From the NCBI GenBank assembly GCA_958296135.2, contig CATQHZ020000001.1, forward strand, positions 2,944,001-3,008,000: a DNA stretch of 64,000 bases, written 5' to 3'. A program made the position numbers and the translations under genes. Positions within the stretch are counted from its first letter, which is position 1; each line of letters starts with the position of its first letter. Of this stretch, positions 47,728 to 57,013 are shown one piece after another. The notes below the pieces were generated by a model. The model saw only the letters and a list, made by a program, of their open reading frames with translations. It did no database searches and was not told the DNA's origin. The DNA comes from an uncultured Poribacteria bacterium (GTDB lineage Bacteria; Poribacteria; WGA-4E; WGA-3G).

Positions 47728-49092
47728 GTGATGTCTGGACTGAGTTCGCGAATCATTGGAACCTATCCCGACTGGGGCCGCTTTTCTGATGCTAGCACAA
47801 GTGAACGAGATGGGGCTATTGCGCAATACGTAAAGTTAATAGAGCCGCAGCCTGATAATGCCTCAGTCTATAACACCCGCGGCATTGTTTACAGCGAAAG
47901 CGGTGAACCCGATAAAGCGATTGCCGCCTTTACCAAGGCGATAGAATTGAATCCAGAGTTCGCCGAGGCACACTATAATCGCGGCATTGTTTACAGCGAA
48001 AGCGGCGAACCCGATAAAGCGATTGCCGCCTTTACCAAGGCGATAGAACTGAAACCGGATTTTGCTGATGCCTACCTCATGCGGGGTATCACTTACAAGA
48101 AAAAAGGCCGCGTCTACAAAGCCCTTAACGACTATCATGCGGCGATAGAATTGGCTCCGCAGTTTACCAAAGCCTATTACACCCGCGGTACGGCTTACGA
48201 GCAAAGTGGTGATTACGCTCTTGCCGTTGAGGATTTTAGCAAAGCGATAGCGTTGGATCCAGAGTTTGCCGAAGTCTACGCCTACCGAGGCCTTGCTTAC
48301 GTCAAAGATGCCGAGATTGAGGGAGTTTTGGAACGCTATCACATCCCGGTGGGTTTGAACTCGGAACCCATCGGTTACGGGGAACCTTCTCGCAGCGAAA
48401 CGAGTCGAGACCGGGAGGTCTCTCCTACTGAAACTTCAGGTTACGGGGAACCTTCTCGCAGCGAAACGAGTCGAGACCGGGAGGTCTCTCCTACTGAAAC
48501 TTCAGGTTACGGGGAACCTTCTCGCAGCGAAACGCTGATAAACGCGGCTATTGAAGACTACAATACTGCAATTGCGCTCAAACCCGATGTCGCTGAGGTT
48601 TATATTTTCCGCGGCATCGCTTACCAGCGTCACGGCGATGTTGAACACGCTGTTGCGGATTACAACACGGCGATAACCCTCAATGCCAATTATGCCGAGC
48701 TCTATTACAATCGCGGCGAAGCGTGGTTGCATTTGCAGGAATGGCAGAAGGCAGAGGCAGATCTGACTACCGCCAAGGACAGGGGCGTGGATATCGTCGC
48801 AGAGTTCCAGCACGACTACAAGAACGTTGCCAATTTTGAACAACAGACCGGCATTAAGCTGCCCGAAGATATCGCCGCGCTGTTGACTTCCGAAAAAGCA
48901 CCTGTAGAGTGTGAAAGGGACACTCGGTTGGCATTAGCGTTGAGATATTATGAGAGCGGCGAGCTCAGCACTGGGCTTGCGGCGCGTCTGGCCGATGTTC
49001 CGTATTCCGAGTTTCTTGTGCTTATCGGGGAGCATGGGCTCTCCCATTTTGGGACGGTTGACGAACTTGAAGAGGATTTTGAGAGTGCTTGA
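47728..49092 (+). CDS. TPR-repeat protein fused to a C-terminal UPF0175 domain
   Basis: About 8 TPRs; C-terminal LALRYYESGELSTGLAARLADV...ELEED; internal 22-aa repeats. Confidence 0.85.
   Translation: MMSGLSSRIIGTYPDWGRFSDASTSERDGAIAQYVKLIEPQPDNASVYNTRGIVYSESGEPDKAIAAFTKAIELNPEFAEAHYNRGIVYSESGEPDKAIAAFTKAIELKPDFADAYLMRGITYKKKGRVYKALNDYHAAIELAPQFTKAYYTRGTAYEQSGDYALAVEDFSKAIALDPEFAEVYAYRGLAYVKDAEIEGVLERYHIPVGLNSEPIGYGEPSRSETSRDREVSPTETSGYGEPSRSETSRDREVSPTETSGYGEPSRSETLINAAIEDYNTAIALKPDVAEVYIFRGIAYQRHGDVEHAVADYNTAITLNANYAELYYNRGEAWLHLQEWQKAEADLTTAKDRGVDIVAEFQHDYKNVANFEQQTGIKLPEDIAALLTSEKAPVECERDTRLALALRYYESGELSTGLAARLADVPYSEFLVLIGEHGLSHFGTVDELEEDFESA
48373..48534 (+). repeat. In-frame 66-bp tandem repeat containing a REP
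   Basis: About 2.5 copies of GYGEPSRSETSRDREVSPTETS; contains tcgagaccgggaggtctctcctac. Confidence 0.9.
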
Positions 49093-49588
49093 AAAACCAG
49101 TCATCGTCAATAATAGCCCACTTGTTCATCTCTTGACACTCGACCGCCTTTCGTTGCTGCGGGCTCTTTACACAGTGGTGTGGATTCCACAGGAAGTTGA
49201 AGATGAGTTCCTCGCGACAGATCCGGAAGTTCGCAAAGATGCCCTTAAAAATGCCCCGTGGATACGGACGTTTCACCGCCAAGCCGAGGAACCCTCTGAT
49301 TCCACGCAGCGAGGGCACTCTATGCGGCCAAAATTATCTGGCGAAGACGCTGTGATAGCTCTCGCTCAAGAACTCAATGCACGTCTCATCATTATTGACG
49401 ATCTGAAAGCACGTCGGCGCGCGAAGCATCTCAAACTGCCGCTTAAGGGAGTTCTTGGCGTTTTAATCGAGGCAAAACGCGCTGGGGTCGTTGATGATAT
49501 TGGACCACTTATAAGTGTGTTGTCGGAAAACGCGCGTCTGGGACAGGAGGTTATTGATAAAGTGTTGCGAGCGGCAGGGGAGGCTTAA
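49085..49588 (+). CDS. DUF3368 PIN-domain protein
   Basis: IVNNSPL, IPQEVEDE, GEDAVIALA, IIDDLKARR, GVLGVL motifs; overlaps the UPF0175 gene end. Confidence 0.88.
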   Translation: MLEKPVIVNNSPLVHLLTLDRLSLLRALYTVVWIPQEVEDEFLATDPEVRKDALKNAPWIRTFHRQAEEPSDSTQRGHSMRPKLSGEDAVIALAQELNARLIIIDDLKARRRAKHLKLPLKGVLGVLIEAKRAGVVDDIGPLISVLSENARLGQEVIDKVLRAAGEA

Positions 49589-49623
49589 CGGTACTTCAAC
49601 CGCGCTATCGCTGTCAAAGGCAC

Positions 49624-49659
49624 CTACGGCGTATACCGCGCCCGGTCAGTATTTCCGCC
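49624..49659 (+). repeat. 36-bp direct repeat of the DUF4159 gene 3' end (50236-50271)
   Basis: ctacggcgtataccgcgcccggtc(a/t)gtatttccgcc, 1 mismatch. Confidence 0.9.
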
Positions 49660-49745
49660 CTGCTCTGCGGTGGAGATAAATCACGACAGCACCGTGACAT
49701 TCAACGCGCAAAAGCCTATTGGCAAGAATACAAGGAGGCACACCC

Positions 49746-50105
49746 ATGAGAAAAATGGGAGACTGGCGAGAATACCTCATCAAAGAGTTTACCGAAGACC
49801 GGGAGGAAGCACTCGGTTACCTCCAGGCTGCATTGGAATGCTACCAACTCTATGGGAATACTGGCATCTTCTTAGCGGCAGTCGAAACTGTTGTTGCGTC
49901 GCAAGGCGGCGTGGCGAAATTGGCGGAGCAAATGCAGCGGCCGCCGGAAGTGCTGGCGCGTCTGCTGGATAGCAACAATGCACCGCCGTTTGACCTTCTC
50001 GTAACCCTCCTCAAGGCACTCGGATGCAAACTCACGCTTGAACCGTGCGCCGAGGCGACACCCGCCACCCAAACGGAAATGGAACGCGTCGAAAACGTGG
50101 CATAA
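49746..50105 (+). CDS. HTH addiction-module antidote-like protein (no toxin adjacent)
   Basis: EEALGYLQAALE...FLAAVETVVASQGGVAKLA...P.F..L..LLKALG; AGGAGG RBS. Confidence 0.8.
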   Translation: MRKMGDWREYLIKEFTEDREEALGYLQAALECYQLYGNTGIFLAAVETVVASQGGVAKLAEQMQRPPEVLARLLDSNNAPPFDLLVTLLKALGCKLTLEPCAEATPATQTEMERVENVA

Positions 50106-50235
50106 ACCGTGGACGATAGAGTGGGCACTCCGGGAGAACGCCCCAGTAGGAGAGACCTCCCGCGTCTCGATTTCCTTGCGCCCCAGTCTCGATTCCGTTG
50201 AAACATCAGGACCCGGCTGAATGTCTCTCGCACCT

Positions 50236-51558
50236 CTACGGCGTATACCGCGCCCGGTCTGTATTTCCGCCGTATTTGAGCGTGTAAATCAGCAGATTTG
50301 ACATAAACCGATAGACATCTGTCGAACGGCGGAGACGGAGCATCGTGCGGCTCTCAATCTCCGCCGTTTCCATTGCACATAGATAGTCCTTGCGGTTATA
50401 GACAACCGCCACCCGCTTGCCGATGATAATCCCTTTCTGATAACGGAACTGCGTTGGCTGCGCGTTGTTTTCATTGCCCCAAAACACGTCGCCGCCTGTC
50501 GGCGGTTTTGGGAGATGATAGTGGATGCGATAGAGTTCATGCTCATGCGGAATGATTTCAAGCGGGTACTCTGGAAAAATCTGGTTGAGTTCATCTGCGA
50601 CGATATTCGCGAACAGCCCGTTAAACCCGCAGTCGTCAAAAAAGAGTGTGCCGCCTCTCTCAAGGATATATTTTCGGAGAGCCGCTCGCTCAGTTGGCGT
50701 AAACCCAGTCGTCAAAGGTCCGTCCTTCGCAAGCGCGCGTCCGACGGTAATATCCTTGTCATGTCCTGTCATGATGATGAGCGGTGCGTCCATAATTTTC
50801 GTATCCGTGAGCGGTAAGGCTCCGCCTTCAAAACTCATATCTGCTCGAATGGGGGTGTGTGCCGCTAGCCATTTTGTCAACGCCGGGATTGCAGTCGGAT
50901 CTTGCCACCAATCCGAGAGGGAATGTTTAAGCCGAATCAGCCGAATGTAGCCGCGGAGTTCCTTCCCTTTGCCTTCGAGAATCCCGCCGAGTTGTCCTGC
51001 CGGCACTTTCACCGGAAAGGTGGCGGTATCAAACCCCTCTCCTAAACTTCGCGAAGGTAAGCCTCCCTCAAGAAACGCCGTGAGATTCGATGTGGTTTTC
51101 CCTGTGACAGGCGCGACCGGCGGCGCGCTTTTTTCTATGCGAGGGGCACTCTCCGGGGGTGTTGCACCGATAGACGCAGGAACAGTTGTCCCTGCAACTG
51201 GCGCAGCAGGTCCTGTTCCTTCTGTCGTAATCGACACGTCGGCGGGGTTTAACGCGGCGGCGTTGAATTCTGGTACTGGAGAGCGCACTTGCGTCTGACT
51301 GCGTGGAAGTTGATGCATGGCAGTAGGGTTCAATCGAGACTGGGGGGGCTCTCCTACAGGTGGATTGGGAGAGAGGAGCGTTCGGTGTGTTGGCCGGATA
51401 TCCATGTTCGTCCGGGCGCGAGTGACCTTGACAAATTCCGCTTCAAACGCATCCTCGTTCACCTCCGGCTGTTGGGATAACATCAGGGCGGCGATGAAGG
51501 CGAAGAGGAGGTGCAGTCCGATTGAGGCGAGCACGGCTCGGTAACGTTGGTGTTTCAT
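50236..51558 (-). CDS. DUF4159 domain protein with N-terminal TM and Pro-rich linker
   Basis: SIGLHL TM; DWWQDPTAI, LRKYILERGGTLFFDDC, VVYNRKD motifs. Confidence 0.8.
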   Translation of the reverse strand: MKHQRYRAVLASIGLHLLFAFIAALMLSQQPEVNEDAFEAEFVKVTRARTNMDIRPTHRTLLSPNPPVGEPPQSRLNPTAMHQLPRSQTQVRSPVPEFNAAALNPADVSITTEGTGPAAPVAGTTVPASIGATPPESAPRIEKSAPPVAPVTGKTTSNLTAFLEGGLPSRSLGEGFDTATFPVKVPAGQLGGILEGKGKELRGYIRLIRLKHSLSDWWQDPTAIPALTKWLAAHTPIRADMSFEGGALPLTDTKIMDAPLIIMTGHDKDITVGRALAKDGPLTTGFTPTERAALRKYILERGGTLFFDDCGFNGLFANIVADELNQIFPEYPLEIIPHEHELYRIHYHLPKPPTGGDVFWGNENNAQPTQFRYQKGIIIGKRVAVVYNRKDYLCAMETAEIESRTMLRLRRSTDVYRFMSNLLIYTLKYGGNTDRARYTP

Positions 51559-51788
51559 TTTTTCGTCTTAGCGCAAAGCGTTTGATAACGTCTGCTGTGC
51601 AATGACGTTTCTCTCCGTAGGTGCGCATGCGCCGTTGTTGCATGCTGCGTGCTTTATACCGTAGCGCGGGGGGCCGGCAGTCACTAACTGCCGAGGGTTG
51701 CAGTCACTAACTGCCGAGGGTTTCCCCCGCGAAGCCCGCGGCGAGCGACAGGTTTCCCTCGCCCTACGTGCCGTGGACAGCTATGGAA

Positions 51789-52340
51789 TTAAAGATGCCG
51801 TTGGATGAGTTGAAAACTGGGCGCATCCAACTTCTGATAATCGGGGATATCGTATCGGTTGCCGCGGACATCCGTGATGAAGAGCCGCGCGGGCGGCACC
51901 TGCTTGACGTTCTGGTTCAACCCGCGCACGGAGAACGTCACGCGCCCGCGCGCTGTCTTCACCTCCCATTCATGGATGCCGAACTGCTCTTTCACCCGAT
52001 AAATCTTCTCGATGACCGGGGTGAAGTAGCGTCGGTGGAGTTCTTCATTGAGGATGCGCCGACTTTCCGCATCCAATTGCGCGGGTTCAACGAGAATGCC
52101 GAGCTCGGTATCCTCATCGGCGGCGAGTGAAATATACCTTTCCGGATTGCTGAGCGGCATGAGCCGACGCGCGATGACGCGTAGGTGACACACCTCTCCC
52201 TGAATCTCAAGGCGCGGCGTGCCTACCGGTGAACGCGTCAACCTGAGCTTCGCTGCGTCCAAATAGCGCGGCGTGAAGTCATCGGCGGTGGGCATTTCCT
52301 GCGCGGTTTCTACGGCGACGATTTTGTCTGAGTTTTCCAT
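51789..52340 (-). CDS. DUF1854 domain protein
   Basis: RLMPLSNPERYISL, EELHRRYFTPVI, W.V.T.RG, DVRGNRYDI motifs. Confidence 0.88.
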   Translation of the reverse strand: MENSDKIVAVETAQEMPTADDFTPRYLDAAKLRLTRSPVGTPRLEIQGEVCHLRVIARRLMPLSNPERYISLAADEDTELGILVEPAQLDAESRRILNEELHRRYFTPVIEKIYRVKEQFGIHEWEVKTARGRVTFSVRGLNQNVKQVPPARLFITDVRGNRYDIPDYQKLDAPSFQLIQRHL

Positions 52341-52406
52341 AATTATTATTGATAAAGCGTCTGGTAGGCGCGGTTTCAAATCGCGCCTACCGGTGGGGTG
52401 TCCAGT

Positions 52407-54743
52407 CTACCTCTCTACGGCTTGTGCCGCTGCGCGGATATTCGCTGCTTCCCGCTGCGTTTCGACCAGCTTGTAGTAGATACCCTTTTCTGCCATCAGT
52501 TCTTCGTGAGAGCCGCACTCCACGCCGCGTCCCTTCTCAATCACGAAAAGCCTGTTGGCATTCCGCAGTGTGGAGAGTCGGTGGGCGATTGCAAAAGTGG
52601 TGCGGTTTTTCACAAGTCTGTCGATTGCCTGCTGGATTTTCTTCTCCGTTTCAACATCCACCGATGACGTGGCTTCGTCAAGGATGAGGATGCGCGGGTT
52701 GTGCAAGATGGCACGCGCTATCGAGATACGCTGTCGTTCGCCGCCGGAGAGGCGGCCGCCGCGTTCTCCGACTTCAGTGTCGTATCCATCGGGGAATTTG
52801 ACGATGAATTCGTGTGCGTTAGCCGCTTTCGCCGCGGTGAGAATCTCCTCCATCGTGGCATCGGGGTGCGCGTAGGCGATGTTCTCGGCGATGGTGCCGC
52901 TGAACAGATAAGGTTCTTGCAGCACTACCCCGATTTGTCTCCGAAGATCGCCGAGTTGAATTTTCTCAATTTCTACGCCATCGATTTCTAAGCGTCCGGC
53001 ATCCGGCGTATAGAACCGGCAGATCAGATTAATCAGCGTCGATTTCCCGGCCCCGGAATGCCCGACGAGCCCTATCATTTCCCCCGGCTTAACGTGGAGG
53101 TTAATATCCTTCAACACCGGCTTATGCGAGTCGTAGCCGAACGTCATATTGTGAAACCGCACTTCGCCGGTGATGTTCGGCATCGCCTCCAATGTGCCAT
53201 CGTCTAGCTGTTCCGGCGGGGAGTCGATTACCTCGAAGAGGCGTTCCGCCGCTGTCATGGCGCGGGATGCATAGTTGATGAGTGGGCTGATATAACGGAG
53301 CGGCTCATAAAACATCATTAAGTAACTTTGAAACGCCATTAGCGTGCCGAGTGTCATCGTGCCGCCAAGGATATCTAACCCGCCGACGTACCAGATGATG
53401 AGCGTGCCGAGCTGCACGGCGAACATCAGCGGCGGGTAGTAGGTTGCCCAGATAAGTTCTGCGTGTGTTTCGTAATCGCGCGCGTCGATGTTGGAGGCAT
53501 CGAACCGTTCCACCTCGTCGCGCTGTCTGCCGAAGGCGCGCACGACGCGGATACCAGAGACAGAGTCGTTGACTACGTCAAAAAGTTTCGATCTGCGCCG
53601 CCAAGCGCGGTGCCATAAGCTGTGCACCATCTTCCAAAACCATCCCGCGCCCAAGACGATGATAGGAATGGGAATCAGGATGAAGCAGGCGAGTTTCCAA
53701 TTCATCAAAAATAGCACAGCACCGATGCCGAAAAACTTTAAGAATTCGACAGCGAGAAAGGACAGCCCATCTAACAAGAAATCCTGGAGTCGTTCACTGT
53801 CCTCTGTGACATGCGAGATGACTGTGCCGGTTTTGCGCTTATCAAAGAACCGAATGGAGAGGTTGTGCAGATGCTGGTAGACGTGCGCCCGAATTTTTGC
53901 AGCGACGCGGAACGTCAGCCACGCACCCAACCGTTGTTGGAAGATGGTGACAATCCCGCTGATAACCATGGTCGCGAGCAGACAGCCAGCTGCAATAGCG
54001 AGGGCTGTTGTCACAGGCTGAATTGAACGAAACAGTGTGCCGAGCCGTGTCTCCGAGGGAACTTGCGCCGCTGCCGCCGCTTCGTTCAATCTCAGAATGT
54101 CGTCTATCAGGATGCGGGTGAAGTAAGGCGGCACGAGCGAGATCAGCGTGCCGACAATCACGAAACTGATGAAAAAGAGTGCCTTCGTGCGATACGGTTT
54201 GAGATATGTCAATATGCGCAGCATCACCTTATGTTTTTTGGTGCATGCCGGGCAGGGCGAAAATTCATCAGGCAGCAGTAACCCGCAGGATGCGCAGACC
54301 TGTTCTTCAACTTTATAGTCCCATATCGGTGCTTCGTCGCGTTTTCCGTCTCGGTGTTCAATTTCGTCGCCGATGAAGCGGGCCACGAAGCCGAACTTCG
54401 CCGCGCACCCGTTGGAATACCGAATCAGATCGACGGTGCCCTCGCGGGATTCTAACACCAGAACCCCCGCGTCTATCACCACTTCGGCGCGGATGCCAAG
54501 CACATTTTTATACGGGATGAAGTGTATCACAGTGCCATTACCGGCGACGGTAAAAACCGCCGCGTCTGTCATGACAAACCACTCCTCGCCGAAAACGCCT
54601 GAGGAACTGACATCGCTTCGGACAGCGAACCGAATCTGATCAAACCGAATCTCGAGGCTCTTCAGCGTTTTATCAATAAATGGGGGCAATTCGTCAATCG
54701 TGCCCCGCTGCGGTTCTGTTCTTTCGTTCTGCTCTTCGGACAT
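52407..54743 (-). CDS. ABC transporter, fused permease/ATPase (type often paired with DUF1854)
   Basis: GHSGAGKS, LSGGERQR, LILDEATS; TM domain; N-terminal extension. Confidence 0.93.
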   Translation of the reverse strand: MSEEQNERTEPQRGTIDELPPFIDKTLKSLEIRFDQIRFAVRSDVSSSGVFGEEWFVMTDAAVFTVAGNGTVIHFIPYKNVLGIRAEVVIDAGVLVLESREGTVDLIRYSNGCAAKFGFVARFIGDEIEHRDGKRDEAPIWDYKVEEQVCASCGLLLPDEFSPCPACTKKHKVMLRILTYLKPYRTKALFFISFVIVGTLISLVPPYFTRILIDDILRLNEAAAAAQVPSETRLGTLFRSIQPVTTALAIAAGCLLATMVISGIVTIFQQRLGAWLTFRVAAKIRAHVYQHLHNLSIRFFDKRKTGTVISHVTEDSERLQDFLLDGLSFLAVEFLKFFGIGAVLFLMNWKLACFILIPIPIIVLGAGWFWKMVHSLWHRAWRRRSKLFDVVNDSVSGIRVVRAFGRQRDEVERFDASNIDARDYETHAELIWATYYPPLMFAVQLGTLIIWYVGGLDILGGTMTLGTLMAFQSYLMMFYEPLRYISPLINYASRAMTAAERLFEVIDSPPEQLDDGTLEAMPNITGEVRFHNMTFGYDSHKPVLKDINLHVKPGEMIGLVGHSGAGKSTLINLICRFYTPDAGRLEIDGVEIEKIQLGDLRRQIGVVLQEPYLFSGTIAENIAYAHPDATMEEILTAAKAANAHEFIVKFPDGYDTEVGERGGRLSGGERQRISIARAILHNPRILILDEATSSVDVETEKKIQQAIDRLVKNRTTFAIAHRLSTLRNANRLFVIEKGRGVECGSHEELMAEKGIYYKLVETQREAANIRAAAQAVER

Positions 54744-54774
54744 ATATCTTTTCCTCTGTTATTTTCTTTTCCCC

Positions 54775-54914
54775 GTAGGCGAGACCTCCCGCGTCTCGAT
54801 GCACGCGCGGCGGTAGGCGAGACCTCCCGCGTCTCGATGCACGCGCGGCGGTAGGCGAGACCTCCCGCGTCTCGATGCACGCGCGGCGGTAGGAGAGACC
54901 TCCCGGTCTCGATG
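54775..54914. repeat. Tandem 38-bp GTAG-REP array, about 4 copies
   Basis: gtaggcgagacctcccgcgtctcgatgcacgcgcggcg units at 54775, 54813, 54851, 54889. Confidence 0.92.
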
Positions 54915-55202
54915 TGTGCGGTATCGGGACAAGGCTGTCCCGCCTACTGAAAATAAACGGATTTTAAACCTTTAACCCGTTTGTGGGAGTTTGATTCAAA
55001 ATTTTTTAGCAGAAAAATCGAAAACGCGTACCCCGCCCTGTCGGTATCGAGCCGTGGGAGGGCTCTCCTACCGGAATTATACCAGATTTGCTGAAATTCT
55101 GCACGGTGAAACTGACTTCCCGCGGCGTAGCAAAACGAAATCGTCCTGAATAATTCGGAAAAAACTTGACAACCACGACGCGTCTATGGTATCCTATTGT
55201 GT

Positions 55203-56216
55203 ATGGAAAACAGTATTCAGACACCTTTTGACTGGGACAACTTGCCCGCAGACCGGTACGATATTGCCGCAAAGCACGCGGCGGGTGCATTTCCAAACGA
55301 TATGTTGCGCCTGCTACTCGGCACCGCCGACTTTGAAATCATGGAGCATCTTGATATAGAACTCCCGGCACTAGAGGTGCGGCGCATGGATAGTTTGACA
55401 AAAATTCGCCTTGAAGGCAAACCGATGCTCATCCATCGCGAATACCAATTGCATGATAGTTACCCCATCTCCATTGCACGCCGAATCGCCGGTTACCGGG
55501 GGCAATGCTATCAAGAGACCGAGGTGCCTATCCGTTCGTATGTTATCTATTTTCAGCCCCCGGCCGGTCGCCGGGATCCGGGCGGCTTTTTTCAAAATGT
55601 CGATGTCCCCGGCCAACGGTTCATCTCGGAATACGAAGTGATTCGGCTTTATGAACTTGAAGGTGCTCCGCTTCTAGCAGCGCGCCCGCCGGGTTTGATG
55701 CCATTTCTACCGCTGATGCAACCACCGGCCGGGGTGGATAGCGTCACGTGGCTTCGGCAGTGCGTCGCGACAACACGGCAGCTGCCGCTTGACAGGGCGA
55801 GTATCGACAACTTACTGCTGTCAACGGGGATTTTTGGCCACCTCGCCTACGACATGGAGACACTCTTCACAATTATTTCGGAGGAAGACATGAGACATGC
55901 ATCTATTTTCCAACACCTCATGCAGCAGCCGTTGGAAGAAGCACGCAAAGAAGCACGCAAAGAAGCACGCAAAGAAGCACTCCAAGAGGGGAAAGAACAA
56001 GGTAGAGTGGAGGGCGTGCGAGAAAACGCCATCCACGCCCTCATGGAGGTTTTGGACGCACGGTTCCAAGACTGTGATGTGCAAATCTTAAAGCCGACGT
56101 TTGATGCCATCACCGATTTGCAACTCCTCAATCAACTGTTGCGCACTGCCGCACAAGCATCAAACATCGATGAAGTGACTCGGACGCTGGTGCACCATCG
56201 AAACAACGGTGCCTAA
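55203..56216 (+). CDS. Rpn family (recombination-promoting nuclease / PD-(D/E)xK transposase-like) protein
   Basis: YDIAAK, RRMDSL...IHREYQ catalytic-type motif, YEVIRLYE, LMPFLPLM; C-terminal EARK x3 and helical domain. Confidence 0.82.
   Translation: MENSIQTPFDWDNLPADRYDIAAKHAAGAFPNDMLRLLLGTADFEIMEHLDIELPALEVRRMDSLTKIRLEGKPMLIHREYQLHDSYPISIARRIAGYRGQCYQETEVPIRSYVIYFQPPAGRRDPGGFFQNVDVPGQRFISEYEVIRLYELEGAPLLAARPPGLMPFLPLMQPPAGVDSVTWLRQCVATTRQLPLDRASIDNLLLSTGIFGHLAYDMETLFTIISEEDMRHASIFQHLMQQPLEEARKEARKEARKEALQEGKEQGRVEGVRENAIHALMEVLDARFQDCDVQILKPTFDAITDLQLLNQLLRTAAQASNIDEVTRTLVHHRNNGA
55890..56216 (+). CDS. Putative intragenic small protein (RpnS-like) from an internal start
   Basis: GGAGG (55880-55884), 5 nt, then in-frame ATG at 55890. 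Confidence 0.6.
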   Translation: MRHASIFQHLMQQPLEEARKEARKEARKEALQEGKEQGRVEGVRENAIHALMEVLDARFQDCDVQILKPTFDAITDLQLLNQLLRTAAQASNIDEVTRTLVHHRNNGA

Positions 56217-56323
56217 CGCCAACCCCGAACGCAACAAACCGATGGCACTCCAGCCGCAGCGTTCGGGGCATCTCAAACCGCGCCGACTCAGTCAAGTCCG
56301 CGCGAAATGGATCGGAGCCCACC

Positions 56324-56614
56324 ATGCAACATGAATCGCTTCTCGACCTCCTCCTTGAAGAACCACTGGCAGAAGCCCGCCGTGCGGGGATTCAAGAGGG
56401 AAGAGAACTCGGCGTGCGAGAAAACGCCATCCACGCCCTCATGGCGGTCTTGGACGCACGGTTCCAAGACTGTGATGTGCAAATCTTAAAGCCGACGTTT
56501 GAGGCAATCACCGATTTGCAATTCCTCAATCAACTGTTGCGCACCGCCGCACAAGCATCAACCATCGATGAAGTGACTCGGACGCTGGTGCACCATCGAA
56601 ACAACGGTGCCTAA
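56324..56614 (+). CDS. Free-standing Rpn C-terminal-domain protein, copy 1
   Basis: GGAG RBS; last 66 aa differ from the Rpn C-terminus at 4 positions. Confidence 0.78.
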   Translation: MQHESLLDLLLEEPLAEARRAGIQEGRELGVRENAIHALMAVLDARFQDCDVQILKPTFEAITDLQFLNQLLRTAAQASTIDEVTRTLVHHRNNGA

Positions 56615-56722
56615 CGCCAACCCCGAAACGCAACAAACCGATGGCACTCCAGCCGCAGCGTTCGGGGCATCTCAAACCGCGCCGACTCAGTCAAGTCCGC
56701 GCGAAATGGATCGGAGCCCACC

Positions 56723-57013
56723 ATGCAACATGAATCGCTTCTCGACCTCCTCCTTGAAGAACCACTGGCAGAAGCCCGCCGTGCGGGGATTCAAGAGGGA
56801 AGAGAACTCGGCGCGCGAGAAAACGCCATCCACGTCCTCATAGAGGTATTAGACGCACGCTTCGACGACTCGGATGTAGAGCTCTTCAAACCTATATTTG
56901 AGGCCATCACCGATGTGCAACTCCTCAAGCAGTTACATCGCACCGCCCTTCACGTCCCAACTTTTGACGACGTGATACAGACCTTGCGGAACCATCGAAA
57001 CAACGGTGCCTAA
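56723..57013 (+). CDS. Free-standing Rpn C-terminal-domain protein, copy 2 (diverged)
   Basis: Same RBS and first 30 aa as copy 1; diverged C-terminal half; 399-bp period. Confidence 0.78.
   Translation: MQHESLLDLLLEEPLAEARRAGIQEGRELGARENAIHVLIEVLDARFDDSDVELFKPIFEAITDVQLLKQLHRTALHVPTFDDVIQTLRNHRNNGA

Noticed and set aside
47507-47731. 74-aa ORF as a real gene
   Set aside because: It is a chimera of a low-complexity atcctg-type repeat and the duplicated MTase tail; recorded as a fragment.
48373-48534. CRISPR-like pattern: 30-bp repeat x3 with 36-bp spacers
   Set aside because: Spacers are identical, the array is in-frame within a CDS, and there are no cas genes; it is a tandem duplication.
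51677-51722. 23-bp tandem hairpin (gcagtcactaactgccgagggtt x2) as a regulatory RNA
   Set aside because: It lies inside a REP-like stem and is best explained as a local duplication.
54775-54914. Possible CRISPR array
   Set aside because: No unique spacers; units are REP tandem copies. The same applies to 18031-18111.
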